DNA from: Girardia tigrina | Lineage: Eukaryota | DNA: 64,000 nucleotides | Reading direction: 5' to 3' | Assembly: GCA_001938485.1 (NCBI GenBank) | Contig: MQRK01218605.1 | Coordinates: 8,834 to 72,833 of the forward strand | In this document: positions 11,701 to 26,800 of the stretch, piece after piece | How the letters are laid out: every line of letters begins with the position of its first letter | Position numbering within the stretch: position 1 is the first letter of the stretch | Program-made: the position numbers and the translations under genes | The notes under the pieces: generated by a model | Told to the model about the DNA's origin: nothing | Seen by the model: the letters and a program-made list of their open reading frames with translations, nothing else | Database searches by the model: none

Positions 11701-14700
11701 TATTGGTAATTGGTTTCTGTCACACGAACTTGTACCAATATACGAAAGCGTGGGTCCCGAAGTGAAGGGATATGAAGCCCGTCTACGACAAGCTTTTCAG
11801 ACGAAAAGCACGTTAATGGAGGATTTGATAGAGGCGGTAAACTTCGAGAGATCTGGAGAATCAGTGGAGGAATTTTTCTTAATCATAATGAATTCTTTTG
11901 ATCATAAATTTTATGCAAAACTTATTTATATTTCATTTAAGCAAAGTTTAGCGTTTGTAGCTCTTGGGCCTGTGTAATTATTGAAGACAATCTCGTTGGA
12001 CACTCCAGCAGTAGTTTCTATACAATTTCTATCGTATTAGTTTAGATAGTAGTAGTTTCTATCACATTTCTATACGATTCCCCTGATAAATTTTGCCCCC
12101 TGTTAATAGTATTTACCGAACACTATTTAAAATTAGTTAAATAACAGAAATAATTATAGAAATAAATTGTTTCAACAATTAAAAAATCCAGAAAAATTAT
12201 GTCTAAAAATATGAAATCTATAAGAAAATTAACAAAAATGTTATAATGTTGTTATATTTTTTTAAATAATTTATCACAAAATAAAAAAAAATATTCAAAC
12301 TAACATGGTCCCACCAACATTCAGAAAAGTTAGGTAATTGATGTTCTAGTGTATATTCAAGAAATTCAAACATCAAACTGAGGACATTGCATAGCCAATA
12401 ATCTCGAAGAATAAGTGTTTTAAAATACCATCCAATAAAATGTACAACAACAAAACCATCCATTTTATCCTGTATTTTAAAATATTAGTTATAACGTAAA
12501 AAAATACAAAAAATATAATAAAAAATCAAATTAAGTAGAATTTATAAGATGTAAAATATAAAACATACTTTTTTAAAAAATCAGGCTTACCTTTTCATTG
12601 GATCTGTAATGGAAAAACTTGGAGTCCACAAAGATCAGCTGAAATTTTTCAATAATGATATTCAACAAGTTGTTTGGCTGATCAGGGTCTTATTTGAAAT
12701 GAAGTTTCGTAATCGATGCAAAGGTGTCGATTTTTGGAGTTTGACTATGAAATGTTCCGAATTTTCTACAATTTATTCGATTCGGAGTCGAAATTGCTGG
12801 TCCGCAATTCAAATGAGTTGTCCAATCAAGCCAGTCTGGGTGGCAAAATAACTGACCGGATGAGAGGAGCATTTTCATGTTTTTGGGCATTGTCCAACTC
12901 TGAGATCATGGTAGAATCTTGAACTATAAAGTCTGACTCCAAAACTGTTTAGCAGAATAATTTGGCGCTGATTAGTGATTTTGATAGTTCGGTTTTTGAA
13001 ATGGTATTTCCGTATGTTTCGGAATTTCGAACTAAAATTCTTATTTATAATTTAGTATATTTTTTATATTTCGGTTGTCTCCTTTCTTCTTAACCTAAAG
13101 ACTATCTTTCTCTCTTACGATTAATTTAAAACAGTTTTGAATCTTAAAAGACTTCATTCCTTCTGTGATTATTAAATTTCGTCAATTGAACAATAACGGT
13201 CAGAATGGATGTTTATTTATAATACACCTTTACCACCTTTTTTCACTCGGTAAAACAAATAGCCATTTTTTTCCGTAAATTTATTGTATAGGGTGTTCGA
13301 AAAGTAATGGGAGGAAATTATTTTGTACGCATATCTAACAAAATAAAAGAAAATGCAAAGTTAATGGTACAGTTGTATCTACCAACAAACAGAGAGTGTT
13401 CTGATTGGGATCACATTCGCAGTGGTTTTTCCTGCATGTTTTCCCTGTTCGAACCGCTCATACGCTGCCTTGCATGCTCTTTTGACCATGTCCTGTGGTA
13501 TTTCTTTAATGCTGCACTCGATCTTGCCTCGGAGCTCAGCAATGGTAGCAGGCCTTGTGCGGTGCACATGCTCCTTCAGGTAGCCCCAGAGGAAGTAATC
13601 ACACACAGTTAGGTCAGGCGAACGAGGGGGGGGGCACTCCGGTACTTGAAGGTGCGTAAAGGGTAGGAACCCCGTCATGCTGGAAGGTAAGCCTTTTATA
13701 TTTCGCACAATACCACACAGTTGTTTGCAGCAAGTGTAGATAGGCATCAGTATTGACTGGAGCATCAAAGAAGTAAGGTCCCAAGACACCCACCAAAGTT
13801 ACTCCACACTGTGATACCTCACTTTTGGGTGATCAGAATGTAATCGATTTTATTTTTTTTATCTCTGTATGAGGTCTGTGTTTGATATATTTTCACTAGT
13901 ATGTAATTATTTCTGTTCTTGGTGTACAATGTGCTTGTAATTTTTTTTGGTGATATTTTGAGTGTCTTTTTGAATTATGTTTTCGATTTTATTTTCGTTA
14001 GAAATAAATTGAATCGTAATTTCGTTTCATTTGGACTGTGCGATGTCCAAATGCGAATTTTGTCATTCATGCGTTGAACCTGACAAAAGTCTCACTCTCA
14101 AAATTTGTCAGAACGTATTTTGACATGTATGTTTATATAATTATGTAAGAGACAATCTGAAAGACAAAATAGACCGTTTAGACACTTATAGGAGAACTCA
14201 TCCGAATGCCAAAGTAGACATTCTACGCGAATATATAAGCGACCATTTGAAACCCCAAATAAAATGCCCAAATGAAATGTGTCAGAAAAATATTCCGGAT
14301 CAAATAATTAGAAAATATTTATCGAACGAACAGACTAAGCTCTTTGATACTTTGTCTTGTTTGGCAACTTCCAAAGATTTTAGGAAATGTCTTACAAAGG
14401 ATTGTCCAAAAATTGCGTCTGTGGAAAGTGACCATGAATTAATTTATCAATTATTGTGAACAACTAAACTGTTTAAACGCCAAAAGAGACACTACCCAAA
14501 TGATTATGGAAGAAATGATTTAAATGAAAATGATATGAACCATTCTGCCAGATGATGCTAAATAAAAATTTATTATAAAAAAATAATCATTAAATCGAAT
14601 TGATTATGATTATAGGATAATTATTTACCGTGTTTCTGGATTGAATATATTTGATGACTCTAAATAAAACTTTTTTTGACGAGGTTATTTCTTTTATTTT

Positions 14701-17700
14701 TTTACTGATTCAGGTTTGATTTTTGATTGTTGTTAGACATTCGACTTAATCCAACTGAGACTTATCCGTTGGATTAGGTTGATTTGATATTGTTCGTTTT
14801 GTTTGTATTGGAAGTAAAAATAGTTGATTCATTGGTTTCCTTGGATCAACTATTTTTACACACACCACACCATAATTCCCTGGCGAAAGTTTAGAATCTA
14901 CTCTTGAGAGTGTGGATTCTTTGAACCCCACTGAACATTGTTATGCCGTGACACTGCTCCAGATAAGTGAAACAAAGATTCGTCTGTCCATATTATGTGA
15001 TCAATTAAATGATGGTTAGCGTCGAATCTCTCCATAATCGTTTTGGAAAACTCTTCTCACTTATCAAAGTCACTGAGTATTGGTATGTTTTGCGGACAGT
15101 AGGGCTTAAGATCAAATTTCACAAGAAGGCGGTGCTAGCTCGTTCGTGGCAGATCAAGAGCGGCTGCCACACAAGACACAGAATTTGAAAAATCTGGGGC
15201 GACTAACTTTTGATCTTGGACACGGAAAGATTCTCAACGCTTCCAGTCTGCTGAAATTACTCAAACACTGACTTGATCGTCGTAAACTTAGGATGTGAGG
15301 TAGCGAAATGAAAATGCCACTGTCTTCATCCGCTTCCTAATTCTAGAATTGTGAGTAGAGGAGTACCATTTTAATTCTCTCCTCAAGAGGGCGTCGTGTC
15401 AAGATTTTATTCATCTGTAAATAAATGAGATTAGTCAGTGTTAAAACTTAAATATGAATTTCTGCGAAATAAAATTCCATTCTGGAGATAGATTAAAACA
15501 AACATTTCTCCCATTCCTTTTGAAACATCTTATATCAGTGGTTCCCAAACTGTGTGTCGCGAAAAATGTACAAATGTGTCGCGAGATTTCAGAGAAATAA
15601 TAAAAAAATATTATTTAAATTTTAAATATTAACTTCAAATATTACATTTTAAATTTTAAAATATCATATAATATTTTATTTAATTAAATTTGTTTTAATT
15701 TCAAGTTTTATATTGCGAAGAATCAAAAACATTTTTATTGAAGTAAGGAAAATTAAAATACAGATTTTTAATATTTTTAGTATACCCTTTAGATATGGAT
15801 AAGTTTTTAAGGAAAGCTGACGAGTAAGAAAATGCAAAACGTCAAAGAAAAGTAATTAAGCGAAAATTCAGCGAAGAATATATAAAATATGGGTTCATTG
15901 CATCTGGATCTGATAATGCCCAAGTTCCTTATTGCTTAATTTGCAATACAACGTGGTCAAATGAATCGTTGGTTCCAAATAAACTGAGGAGACATTTGGA
16001 GACAAATCATCCAATACATAAAACCAAATCTAGGGAATATTTTGAGAACTTAGCAACCGAAATTAATCAACAATCGAAAAAGATGACAAACTTTTTGAAG
16101 ATACCTCAGAAAGCTCAAATTGCAAGTTACAAGATTGCCCAATTGATTGCTAAACGCAAAAAACCACATACAGAAGCTGAAGTAATTATCGCGTCAGCAC
16201 TTGCTATTGTTGTCAAAACGATGATCGGACCTGAAGCAGCTGAAAAAATAAAAACAATACAACTGTCAGACAATACAATTTCAAAAAGAATTGAAGAATT
16301 ATCATCTGATTTGCAAGATCAAGTTCGCGAACATTTTGAAACACCTGGAAATAAGCTTTGGACATTTCAAATTGATGAATCCATTGACATAAGTAGAAAA
16401 GCTCAGGTTCTGGCATTTATTCGATTCGTCAAGGATGAGAGTTTTGTGAACGAATTCTTCTTTTACAGGGCTGAAGAGCACTTCAACAGGAGACGATATT
16501 TTTTAGTTGGTTAACGAGAACGTATCGCTATTTAAATTTGAGTGGAAAAACTGTGTAAGTGTTTGTACTGATGGATGCCCATCAATGCGAGTCAAAATTT
16601 TATTACCATTTTCGTCTTCATGGTTTTGTGAAATTGGCTTTTCAGCATTAACTGAAATCAAATCCAAAAAGCGAGAAAGACTTCTTAATGTTTATGATGA
16701 AATGCGAATTTGTTTGTCCTAGGACCCTCGGTGGAGTCTAATTTGTTCTCAGAAGCAAGTTCATTTGTCGCACTGAATAATTTTTTATTATTGTTGTTGC
16801 TTGTTGCCCCAGTTTCTGGTTGTTGCTGCTTTAATCTTAAAGTTTAATTGGTAACCAATGCGGTAGAGAGTCATCCCATTCCGCGCCATTCTATTCTTGA
16901 AGAAAGGTGGCTCAGCTCAATCACAGATTGAATCTAGGAACCTTGTCTGGGAGCAATCTTCTTCTGAGACGGCTTCATATAAGACTAATCCCGTCTGCCA
17001 TGCAATATTGGCGGGCGTCCATTTTGAAATTGAATGAAAACATGGTCTCCGACAGAGAATTCTCACGTCTTCCGTTCCTCCATGTTCATAGACAACTCCG
17101 CATTTTTGTTTAATTCTTTTTCAAGCGCAAAATCCGGACGGATTCTGTCCAATAGGATTCTCAGCTTCCGCCTCATTAACAGTTTAGTCGGACTAAATCC
17201 GGTTGATCTAGCAGAGCCTTCGATATTGCGTTAAATGAAATTGCACCAATCGCTTTTGCCACGAACCGCTTATAACCCTGGTTAAACTATCTTTGGTAGT
17301 TTGATCCACACACTCAGCTATGCCGTAGCTAGCTGGATGATAAGAAAACACCAAGATCTGTCTTATTAGATTTTTGGCCGAGAGCTGACGCAATTTCTCG
17401 GAGGTGAACTGCATGCTACCACTGAGTTCGGTAACTAGATTTAATTTTAACTGAAAGAATCCTGAAAATCATGCATGACAATGCTAAACTCCATATTTTC
17501 AGGATGACAGAAGAATTTCGTAGAGAGAATAACATTGCTCGACAATCTCAGTCTCCATATTATCCGTTATTAAACTTACTGGATCATTTCATCTTTCGTA
17601 AAATGGAATCTCACTTTAGGGACGGTGTATTTGCTGATATCAATAATTCAAGCAGATTTGTTGAACTTTAGTAGACGACTTCTGGCAAGTGAACTGACAA

Positions 17701-17840
17701 AATTCATATAGGAATTCATTGTGGATAAAGGTTTATAGACTGTTTGTAAATTATTTTATTGATATTAATAAAAAAATTTTTATTTTTCTATAATTTATTT
17801 TATTTGGGTATATAAAACTGAATTTTTTATGGGACTACTT

Positions 17841-17877
<37 letters not shown>

Positions 17878-20800
17878 TTATAATTTTTACTAAAATAATA
17901 AAAATAGGTTCATTGCAAATTGCTAGTCGGGTTTAATATATTGTTTTGTCTAATATCCCAATTTCAATGACATTGTTTTTATAAATACTAATTAATTAAT
18001 ATATTCAAAGCATATTTCATGAAGATTAAAAAACATTTTCCATCAAATTTAATTATCACTGACCAATATTTGATAAATAATGAAATTAATTTTTACAAGA
18101 TATTAAAAAGGCTTCTTTAAAAACAATAAATGTTTTTTAAACAAAACAAAATTTTAGAAAATGAAATTAAAACTGTTAGTTATTATTCAAATAATAAAAC
18201 AAATAAATCATATTTCATTTTAAACAAATATTTATATTTTTTAAATGTTTAACTTACCCAAACATTATGAAATGGATCTGATGTATTATTTGGATCATAG
18301 ATCAAACAATTCCCTCCATATTCCTTCTCTTCTAAAGGTTTTCCAAGTTGAGAATCAAAATATTTAAGCATTTTCCTAGCATCTGCTACGTTCTGTAATA
18401 AACAGTAGTAGATAAAAATAAACATTACACGCTTTCCAATATTTATACCAAAATTTATATTTACTTCAGGTAAGGAAATCATTAATTGATAACATTAATT
18501 ATAAAATAATAATAAAAAGTAAATACAACAATAACACTGAAAAAACATCTTTCTTTGAAAGTTTTATCCTTTAATGAAACTCTCTTCGACTTAGCATTTG
18601 TTTGAAATTATATTTCCGGTTGATAAAAATAGTAAGGTATAAGTGCTATATTGATAAATAGCTATATAAATAATTATTAGGTGGCCAACATTTTCATCAG
18701 GCGGGCCAAATTTTAGAGATAAGATTTTTATTATTATTAAAAGCAAAGAAATAAATGTTTTTTAAAGAAGATATAACAAAAATGGGAATTAAACATATTT
18801 ATTAGATTATTAGTTATTAGTTACATACAAAAAATAATAATAATAAAAAATAAATAAAAACGTCTGATTTTATTTCTCAGAACTAAGTGCATCAATGTTG
18901 ACATCGATTGATGTTGTTGCTAGCCGCAAACAGTTTTCTAAATGCTCATCAGTGATCCGTGTTCGGATTAGAGATTTAATATGCTTCATTCGACAAAAAT
19001 GTTTTTCACAATTAAAGTTGCTTTCAAAAAGCGAAATAATCGATAAACCATGTTAGTAAAATGCAGGATGTTTCTCCTTGTCCAAATATGTTTTATAAAA
19101 CTCTTCCAAGCATGTCTGATTAAATTTATCCCATAATTGGGTATGACCGCAAATTTCACAATGTTCCATTTATAAATTCCTGACAAAAAATTAACGTCTA
19201 TGGAGAATGGTGTAGCAAATGCAACAAAAAGCACACGATGCTTTTTTTAAAATCTTGAAATCGGAATTAAAATTCCAAGTTTAAGTCTGATATTAACGAA
19301 ATTTACTTATCCGCAACCATTTGTTTTACATCTGTCTGCAACGATAATGTAAACAGGTGATTGAAGATTTCTGTCCGTAACTGTTGTTCCAAAAGTCCAA
19401 GTTTCGTTTGGAACGCAAAAATAAGATTATAAATGTTATTAATAAGTAGATTTTTCCCCTGTAAATAGTATTAGCCACAGCTAGATGACTAACTATATCG
19501 ACCAGAAATTTAAAGTTGTAAAATCACTCCTTATCTTAAAATTCTGAAATACTTTTTGACATGCTTGCAAAGAATGATTGTATTTCTTTCTTCAGATCAA
19601 ACACTCTTATCAATATTTTGGAACGACTCGGCTTTTGCATTAAATGTAACGTCATTATACTGTAAATGCAAAGACTCGAGAAAATATAGGAACTGAAGGT
19701 AATTCAATCCTTTCGACTAAATAAAGTTCACTGTTTTGATGACCACCTTCATGACGTGATCCATTTTAAGGGACTTCGCTCATAAATTCTCCTGATGCTA
19801 TGAAAAATTAGTCTCTATTAAGAACACCAATATGGTTTTTCATACATTTACAATACGTCCTCAGCCAAGATCTCATAATTACACATCTCGCTAAATTGAT
19901 AACTTTTTATTAATGTCTCGTTAATAAACAATTATTCGAACAAATTTTCATTTTAAATCATTTTCAGATTTTATTTTTATAAATTCTACTTTTGTAATTT
20001 TGTTAATAATTTGATCTAAAAATTAATTTAATTTTAAAATGATTTTTGTTGGGTTCTTGATCAATATTATAATTCATTAACACCAAAAATTTATTAATAA
20101 CACAATTAACAATTATTCAAACAATTTTTAGTTAACAATTTTTTTTAATAAAAAATTGTTTGTCGAGGAACTTTTTCGTTTTCTTTTTGACCAGATTTTT
20201 TATATAAAAAATATGAAATTATAAATATAAATAAACTGATAAGTTATTTTAAAATTGAAAAATTTTTATTCCATTTATTCTGAAAATTTACATTCCACTA
20301 TTTATAAATTAAAACCAACATAATTTTATAGTCATATTTTTAATAAATTAACCATAATGATTTTTTTATTATTTTAGAATTAGTTGAATGTTATTTCTTT
20401 TTTTTGTGAAACATTAATAAAGATTTTAATGTTTTTTTATTATCAATATTTCAGTTTAAAAGCATTTTTTACCTATAATTATTTTAAATACCATACTAAT
20501 TTTAGATACAATTTAAATACAACAAAATAATTTACAATATTCAAATTTTTATTATTATTACGATACATTAATGATAAAAGTCTTAATATTTATTTCTATT
20601 TAAGAAAACTGTTTATTTGTTAAATCTTTAATTTGCAGAATTTCAAACTGACTTTAAAATTTAAAATTATCTGTTTTTTTTATTTTTTAGAATAACTTTT
20701 AAAATTAGTACAACATAATTATCCTGCTCTTTGTATATTTCTTTTAAATCAATTATTTAAAAATCCATTATTTCCCAATTAATTTCATTTTAAATTTTTC

Positions 20801-23800
20801 ACTCTACAATTAAAATTTGATTATTTTCGAAAATAACTTTTTTAAATTAATTAAGATATATATATACATATATTTTACTTAAAATTGATTTAAAAACTTT
20901 TGATTTTAAATATTTAATTATTTTAGAAATTCTTTATAAAAATTAATTGTTTTAAACATTTTAAAATTGAGCCCGACCTTCACAATTATATTTAACGAAA
21001 AACATTTATTTATTGAATTTAAAAATAAGTTAAAAATTATTTACTTCAATCAAATTATTTAATATTCAAATCTTAAACGATTTAATATTTTTAAAGTTTT
21101 TTTTTAATATCTCATGTTAAATTTAAAAGGCAAACTATGCTCGAATAACTATTCATCGCGAACATCCAAAATACCAATTTTCCATCAAGGTAGGAGAAAC
21201 ACATTTCCAAATGCTTAACACAATTAATACTCAACACACATAAATTCAACATACCAAATCTAAAATATTCCTCACAGTCTCGAAGTATTACCAACTTCAC
21301 AGGCTTCATTTTCAATCAATTTTACAAAATCTTCATGTTTTCCAACCATTGCTGGAGCACCATCTGTTTTTAATCCCGATAAATTTTCGAGTTGTAACGA
21401 AAAGCCATTCAATGTTTATGAGACAGCTTCTAAGAAATTTCGAGAGCAGGAAGTGTCCTTAAGTGGATACAGTGCATCGAATTCTTCTGTTTTGTTGAAG
21501 TGCACATCAACATCCCTGATAAAAATCGCACTTTTGCAGTATTTGTTAAATCTTTGCTTTCATCCAATTATAGAGCATAAAATATGAATTTAGATGCTCG
21601 CTTTTTCAAATTGTCTTTAATGTGTTTTCCAATGACGACGATGCCCCTAGTAATACTTTGACGAGACAGGATTATTTATGAGAAATCCCTTTTTACTCTT
21701 CTGGGCACAGAATTTCAACGACACTAAAATATTCCTTAACTATCAGAATATGGCTTCAATTTTTTGCTAGTACCCTTGCCACTACATATAACATGCAGAT
21801 TCCTGAGCTGCTCTAGTATATATTATATAATTAATATATTAATATCTGACGTTGTGCAGAAAGTTTTCTTTTTAATAAATTTACTTGGTCTTGTCGAAAT
21901 AACCCTTTGTACTTATCAAACGCATTTGCATGTTTAGTCTCGTAATGTCGTTTAATGTTATGAGATGTTAGTTTAAATTTTTCAATTCGCTAAATAATTT
22001 ATAGATTTTGTTCAAATTAAAATTGATAAATTAAAAATACAAAATTAAAATTTCAATAAAAGTTATTGAATATGATAAATTAAAATTAGGATAAAATTTA
22101 GGATAATAATTTAAACGAAATTAATTAAAAAGTTGAAGAAATGAAAAATTTCATAAATGAAAATTTGTTTTAAAATGTAACGGGTTTACTGTCTAATCAA
22201 GTATTTCCCACAACTCCATATATTTGTAAATCAATTAAATCTGTAAATCTCGCCTTCATTTCTTGGAACAAAATTTATTAATATAAACCGGGTTTTTTTC
22301 AACAATTAGTTTTAGTGCTTTCCGGCACGTCTGATTGTTTGGGGAATTGAGCGGGGAGCACTGGTTCATCGGGTTTCACGCCAGTACCTCTTGCATTCCA
22401 GGAGGTACTCATAGAATTGCAACCCACAAGTACACGCGCAAGAGTTTCATCTTCAGGACAACCTCTGCAACAGGGTACGTGATATTCCATCCAGGGACGA
22501 TACCTCCCAGGGATCGTGTATGATCTGGCATTACGAATAAATATCCATTCAGAATTTGTAAGTCGACCAGCATACAGTGGTGAGGTGGAATATGCAGACT
22601 TAGATAAGGCAGACAAATACCTTCCAGCATTATTCTGTGCATTTCAATGTACCAGGTATGAGTTCGAAATACAATTACGAAGGGTTTTTGTAAGTCTGTC
22701 CCTATTATTCGGTGTAAAAAATTCACTGGTGTAAATACCCCACACATGTTGGTATACACTCAGCACGACACCCGGGTTGGTATAAAGAAATGTCACAGTA
22801 ATACCGTAAATCTTTTTGATATCACGAAGGGTGTGCTGAGTCTTATGCCACTAACAATTCCGTTCCTCTTTATAATCTCGACTTTATAATCTCAGAAACT
22901 TTCCCTGGCATGGTATTTACAATATTATGCTCAAATTATAGCAAAAGGGAATGAGATTATTATCCATATGACTTTTTCATTGCCAGCTTTTCCATAATAA
23001 TTCATTTCATGTAGATGTCTCATTATGGTCCATTTGGAGACTGTAGGTGTGGTTTAGAAAAGTGATTTGAGCGAGGGATGTATTTCTGTTTCTCTTCATT
23101 ACACCTTTACAATATATTATTAATTAAAAATCTTATGTAACGGAACAAAAAACTTTATAATAATATATTACATTTCTCTGTGCTGGACATAAAGGGAGGA
23201 CGGTCACTTCTGGGAAAAGAAAACACATTTCCTCTCGTTTTGAATGAGTTTATTGTGTCTCTTATAGTAGTTTTGGGGTATTCAAACTGAGATTTTCCAC
23301 TTAAATAACAGCCAATTATGATACCACGCTGAGCTTCCATAAGTTCACAACCCTTCATCTTAAAAAATGACCTCCATGAATTATACTATATTTTAGGAAA
23401 ACTGTATTTTAATAAGGAAACATAGTAAATAATTATTATTTCAATTTTTGATTTTTTATATTTCTTTTGTTATATTTAAACAATTAGATATACTATATTT
23501 TATATTAATACCGGGTATTTGGATACTTTCGCTAGGGCGGTGTAATTTAGATCAATTTTGGTTGCAAATTTACAAGATTATGTTTTGCATTTCTGTGTTC
23601 ATGCATAAGTATACTTTACGTATTTATAATTTTATATTTATAATTTTTATAAGATCAATAGATGTAATGAAATAAATGAATAAACGTATTTATATATTAA
23701 ACGAATCTAAATATTCATAGTTTAAATATAAATATTGATAAGATGAATAAAGGTATTATTGAGTGACCAATGCTATTATTAATTTGTAATAAACAATAAA

Positions 23801-26800
23801 TTTTATAGTTTTTATATTGGTATTTATTTTTTAAAGTTGAGTGAATGTTCGTATCTGGAATTGTAGGTCTATATTATAGTTAGAGACTTCCAAAATAGTT
23901 AAAAAATTACTCCACTAAAAATTATTAAAATAAATTTAATCTACTGATTTGTTTTTTGAATATTTTTACATATTTTTCAAACTTATTTATATACAAGTCT
24001 ATTTTAATTTGTAATTTCTTAATTATGGAAGAAATGTTTTGAAACTGTAAAATCTAATTATAGAATTTTGAAAGTCAGAATTGAAAATATAAAACGTAGA
24101 TTTTTAAAAGTTAAATTTGTGAATATTCTTAACAAAAGTAACAGCAATCAAGTTTAAATATAACAAATTAAAAATTGAAAAAAAATCAAAAAAATAGTTG
24201 AGACTCTTAAACGTATTAAATATTAAAATCTGATATACCAAATAAATTTTAATTATTGTTATAGTTTGTATGTTCCAAGTTATCCTAATTAAAAAATTAC
24301 AAAAATGTATTTTTTATTTTTTTTAATTGATATATAAATATTTATTTTTTACATTAAAAATTGTGTAAATAAATATTTTGGGACATGATCTGAAGACCCC
24401 AAAAAAATTGGTAAATACTTATTTCATAATTGATTTTACTTTTATAAATAAAAATGTTTATAGATTAATTTTCAAATTTTTTTATCAGTATTTTTTATGA
24501 CAAGAATAGTCCAGGACACAATATCGAATTAAATTTTACAATGTTGACATATTGTTGTTTAACTTTGTTGTTTTAAAGTTCTCAGATTTACTTGTATTTG
24601 TTATTTGTGTTGGTATTTTACTTTCTTAATTGAATAAATTGTTAACTAAAAAGGTATTAATCTTTTTATCTTGTTTGTCTTTACAATATTAATAATAAAA
24701 ATAATTACTCTTTTAAGAGACATACCTGATAAATTACTATAAATATGTTTGTGTATGTTAAGACACAGATAATCTCTTTCTCAAAAAGAATTCCTTGCAA
24801 AAATAATTAAAATATAAAATACCAATATTATAGTAAATTATCTCATTTTTTGACATAGAAGATTTTAAAAGATTTGAAAATATAACATTTTGATAAATTC
24901 ATGTAATTTCAAAATAATCAATATTAACATACCTGAAAAAGTAAAAATATGAGTCCCATTTCATATAAAATACTAAGGCACAGAAAAAATCGCCAAAAGG
25001 CTAAAAAAATAAATTAAGTTTGCTTTTGTTATTATTTTATTGTACACTAATTATATAACAGCAAAAAAAATAAGTAAAACATGACCATAAAACAAATTGT
25101 TATTAAAATAAAAATATGTTTAAATAAAAAATTAAGAGCTTTAAATTATGGTATAAAATATTGTACCTATACATATTATTGTAATATTTCGTATATATTA
25201 TTGGATATCCAAGGTCAATAATTATGATTAAATAAATTTCTTTTCCTAAATTTATTTGTTAAATTTATATTTTATTGATGAAAAATATAAATCAGTTAAA
25301 AGGAAATGAATGAAATTCAAAATAATTATAAAAATGTAAATCCTAAATTTTTAAAACAATTTCAATCTAATATAACAATAAAATTATTTCAAAAAAAATC
25401 GAATACATATTTTTTATAAAATAAATACTTTTTTTGAAAAACCGACTAGACAAATACTTTGCTATTAAAAAGTTAACTTTTCTTAACCATCTTTAATTTT
25501 CATACCTTTTAATAACATCTTTAATAATATCTTTTTTAATAACTATAAACCAATCAATAAGAAGTGAGTAGCACCCACCCCACAGAAAGTTTCTTACTTT
25601 TAAGCTCTGTGGTCATGATGTGGTGTACAAAACTATAATGCATGTTGATAAGGACTGCGATCTCTTTAACAGTGACACGTCGATATCCGTCAATAATTTC
25701 CTCGATTGCTTTTGCATTTTCCACAGTTGATGTGGTTGTTGTTGATGAGGTTGTCGCTCCTGGCGTTATCCTCCAACGATTATAGACCATTCTCTAATCT
25801 TTGCTCCCACTTGTAGGCGGAACTTTGGTACATGACTGCATCACCAAATAAGACATAAACGCTACGTAATGTTAACTGGCGATATGCCTTCCTTCTATAG
25901 AAAATAAATGACTGCTCGTTGTACCTGAACTGCGTTTTACGTTTATTCCGAAATAGAAGAAAATGAGTAATTCACAAAACAGCCAACTATTTTGATGCAT
26001 ATAGTCAACCAATTACGTCAATCATATTTTCTAATTGATTGACAACTACAAGACTACACAAAAAAGGCAACAGGTAATTGTAACGCATACATATTCAGCC
26101 AGTGATTTGACTATTTCCACGAACTTTGGATAAGTCCATCGTAATATATTTTTCTCTTTGAAATATTTTCACTTTATTCAAATTCTTTAGATCCTGATTT
26201 ACAAACAAAATACCAGTATGTTTTTGTTCAATAAATATATTTTCTTAAGGGTATTTATTAACCTTCATCCGTCCCTCGGGTCTTTTTCGACCCAAAGTGT
26301 ACAATCTTTTTAGTGTACAGTCGATTTGAGGGACCGATGAAGATTAAGAACATTGAGACGATTCTCATTTGAATTTTTATTACTACAAAATTTAGAGTCA
26401 TTACAACTCTCAGAAGATCTTTCATCGTTTGACATCGCTCTAATTGGTTTCGTTATTTCTATCTTTAATCATGATTATTCGAAAAAATTTTCTAAATCTT
26501 TTAAAAATACATAATTTTTAAAAATATTAATTAAAAATAATAATTTAAATCACTTCTAAATAAAAACACAAAATTATAAAAATTTTATCAAATTATTAAT
26601 TTAAATATTATTAAATTTATTTAAATTTAATTAAATGCTTTTCTTTACTTAAAAAATATTAAACTTAATTTAAATTGTTAATTTAAAAAATAAAAACTTA
26701 TTATTTTAATTATGTTCGAATAGTCAACCACTTTAAATTTAAAAAAATACTAATTTCCATCTGGGTGGGAGAATCACCATTCTAAGTTCAGCATACTCAA

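Noticed and set aside
13830-14860. RING-IBR gene captured inside a single DD37D transposon
   Set aside because: The two flanking transposase fragments overlap at the SP..VWC motif, so they appear to be separate copies rather than one split element.
21112-21315. Peptide CEE.F...SY.DG.LVF recurring in the six repeat copies as a possible protein domain
   Set aside because: Other copies have stops and frame-breaking indels, and homology ends sharply at TG. This fits a non-coding terminus better.
24385-24420. CTGAAGACCCC... as a third hammerhead
   Set aside because: No GAAA box or supportable stems.
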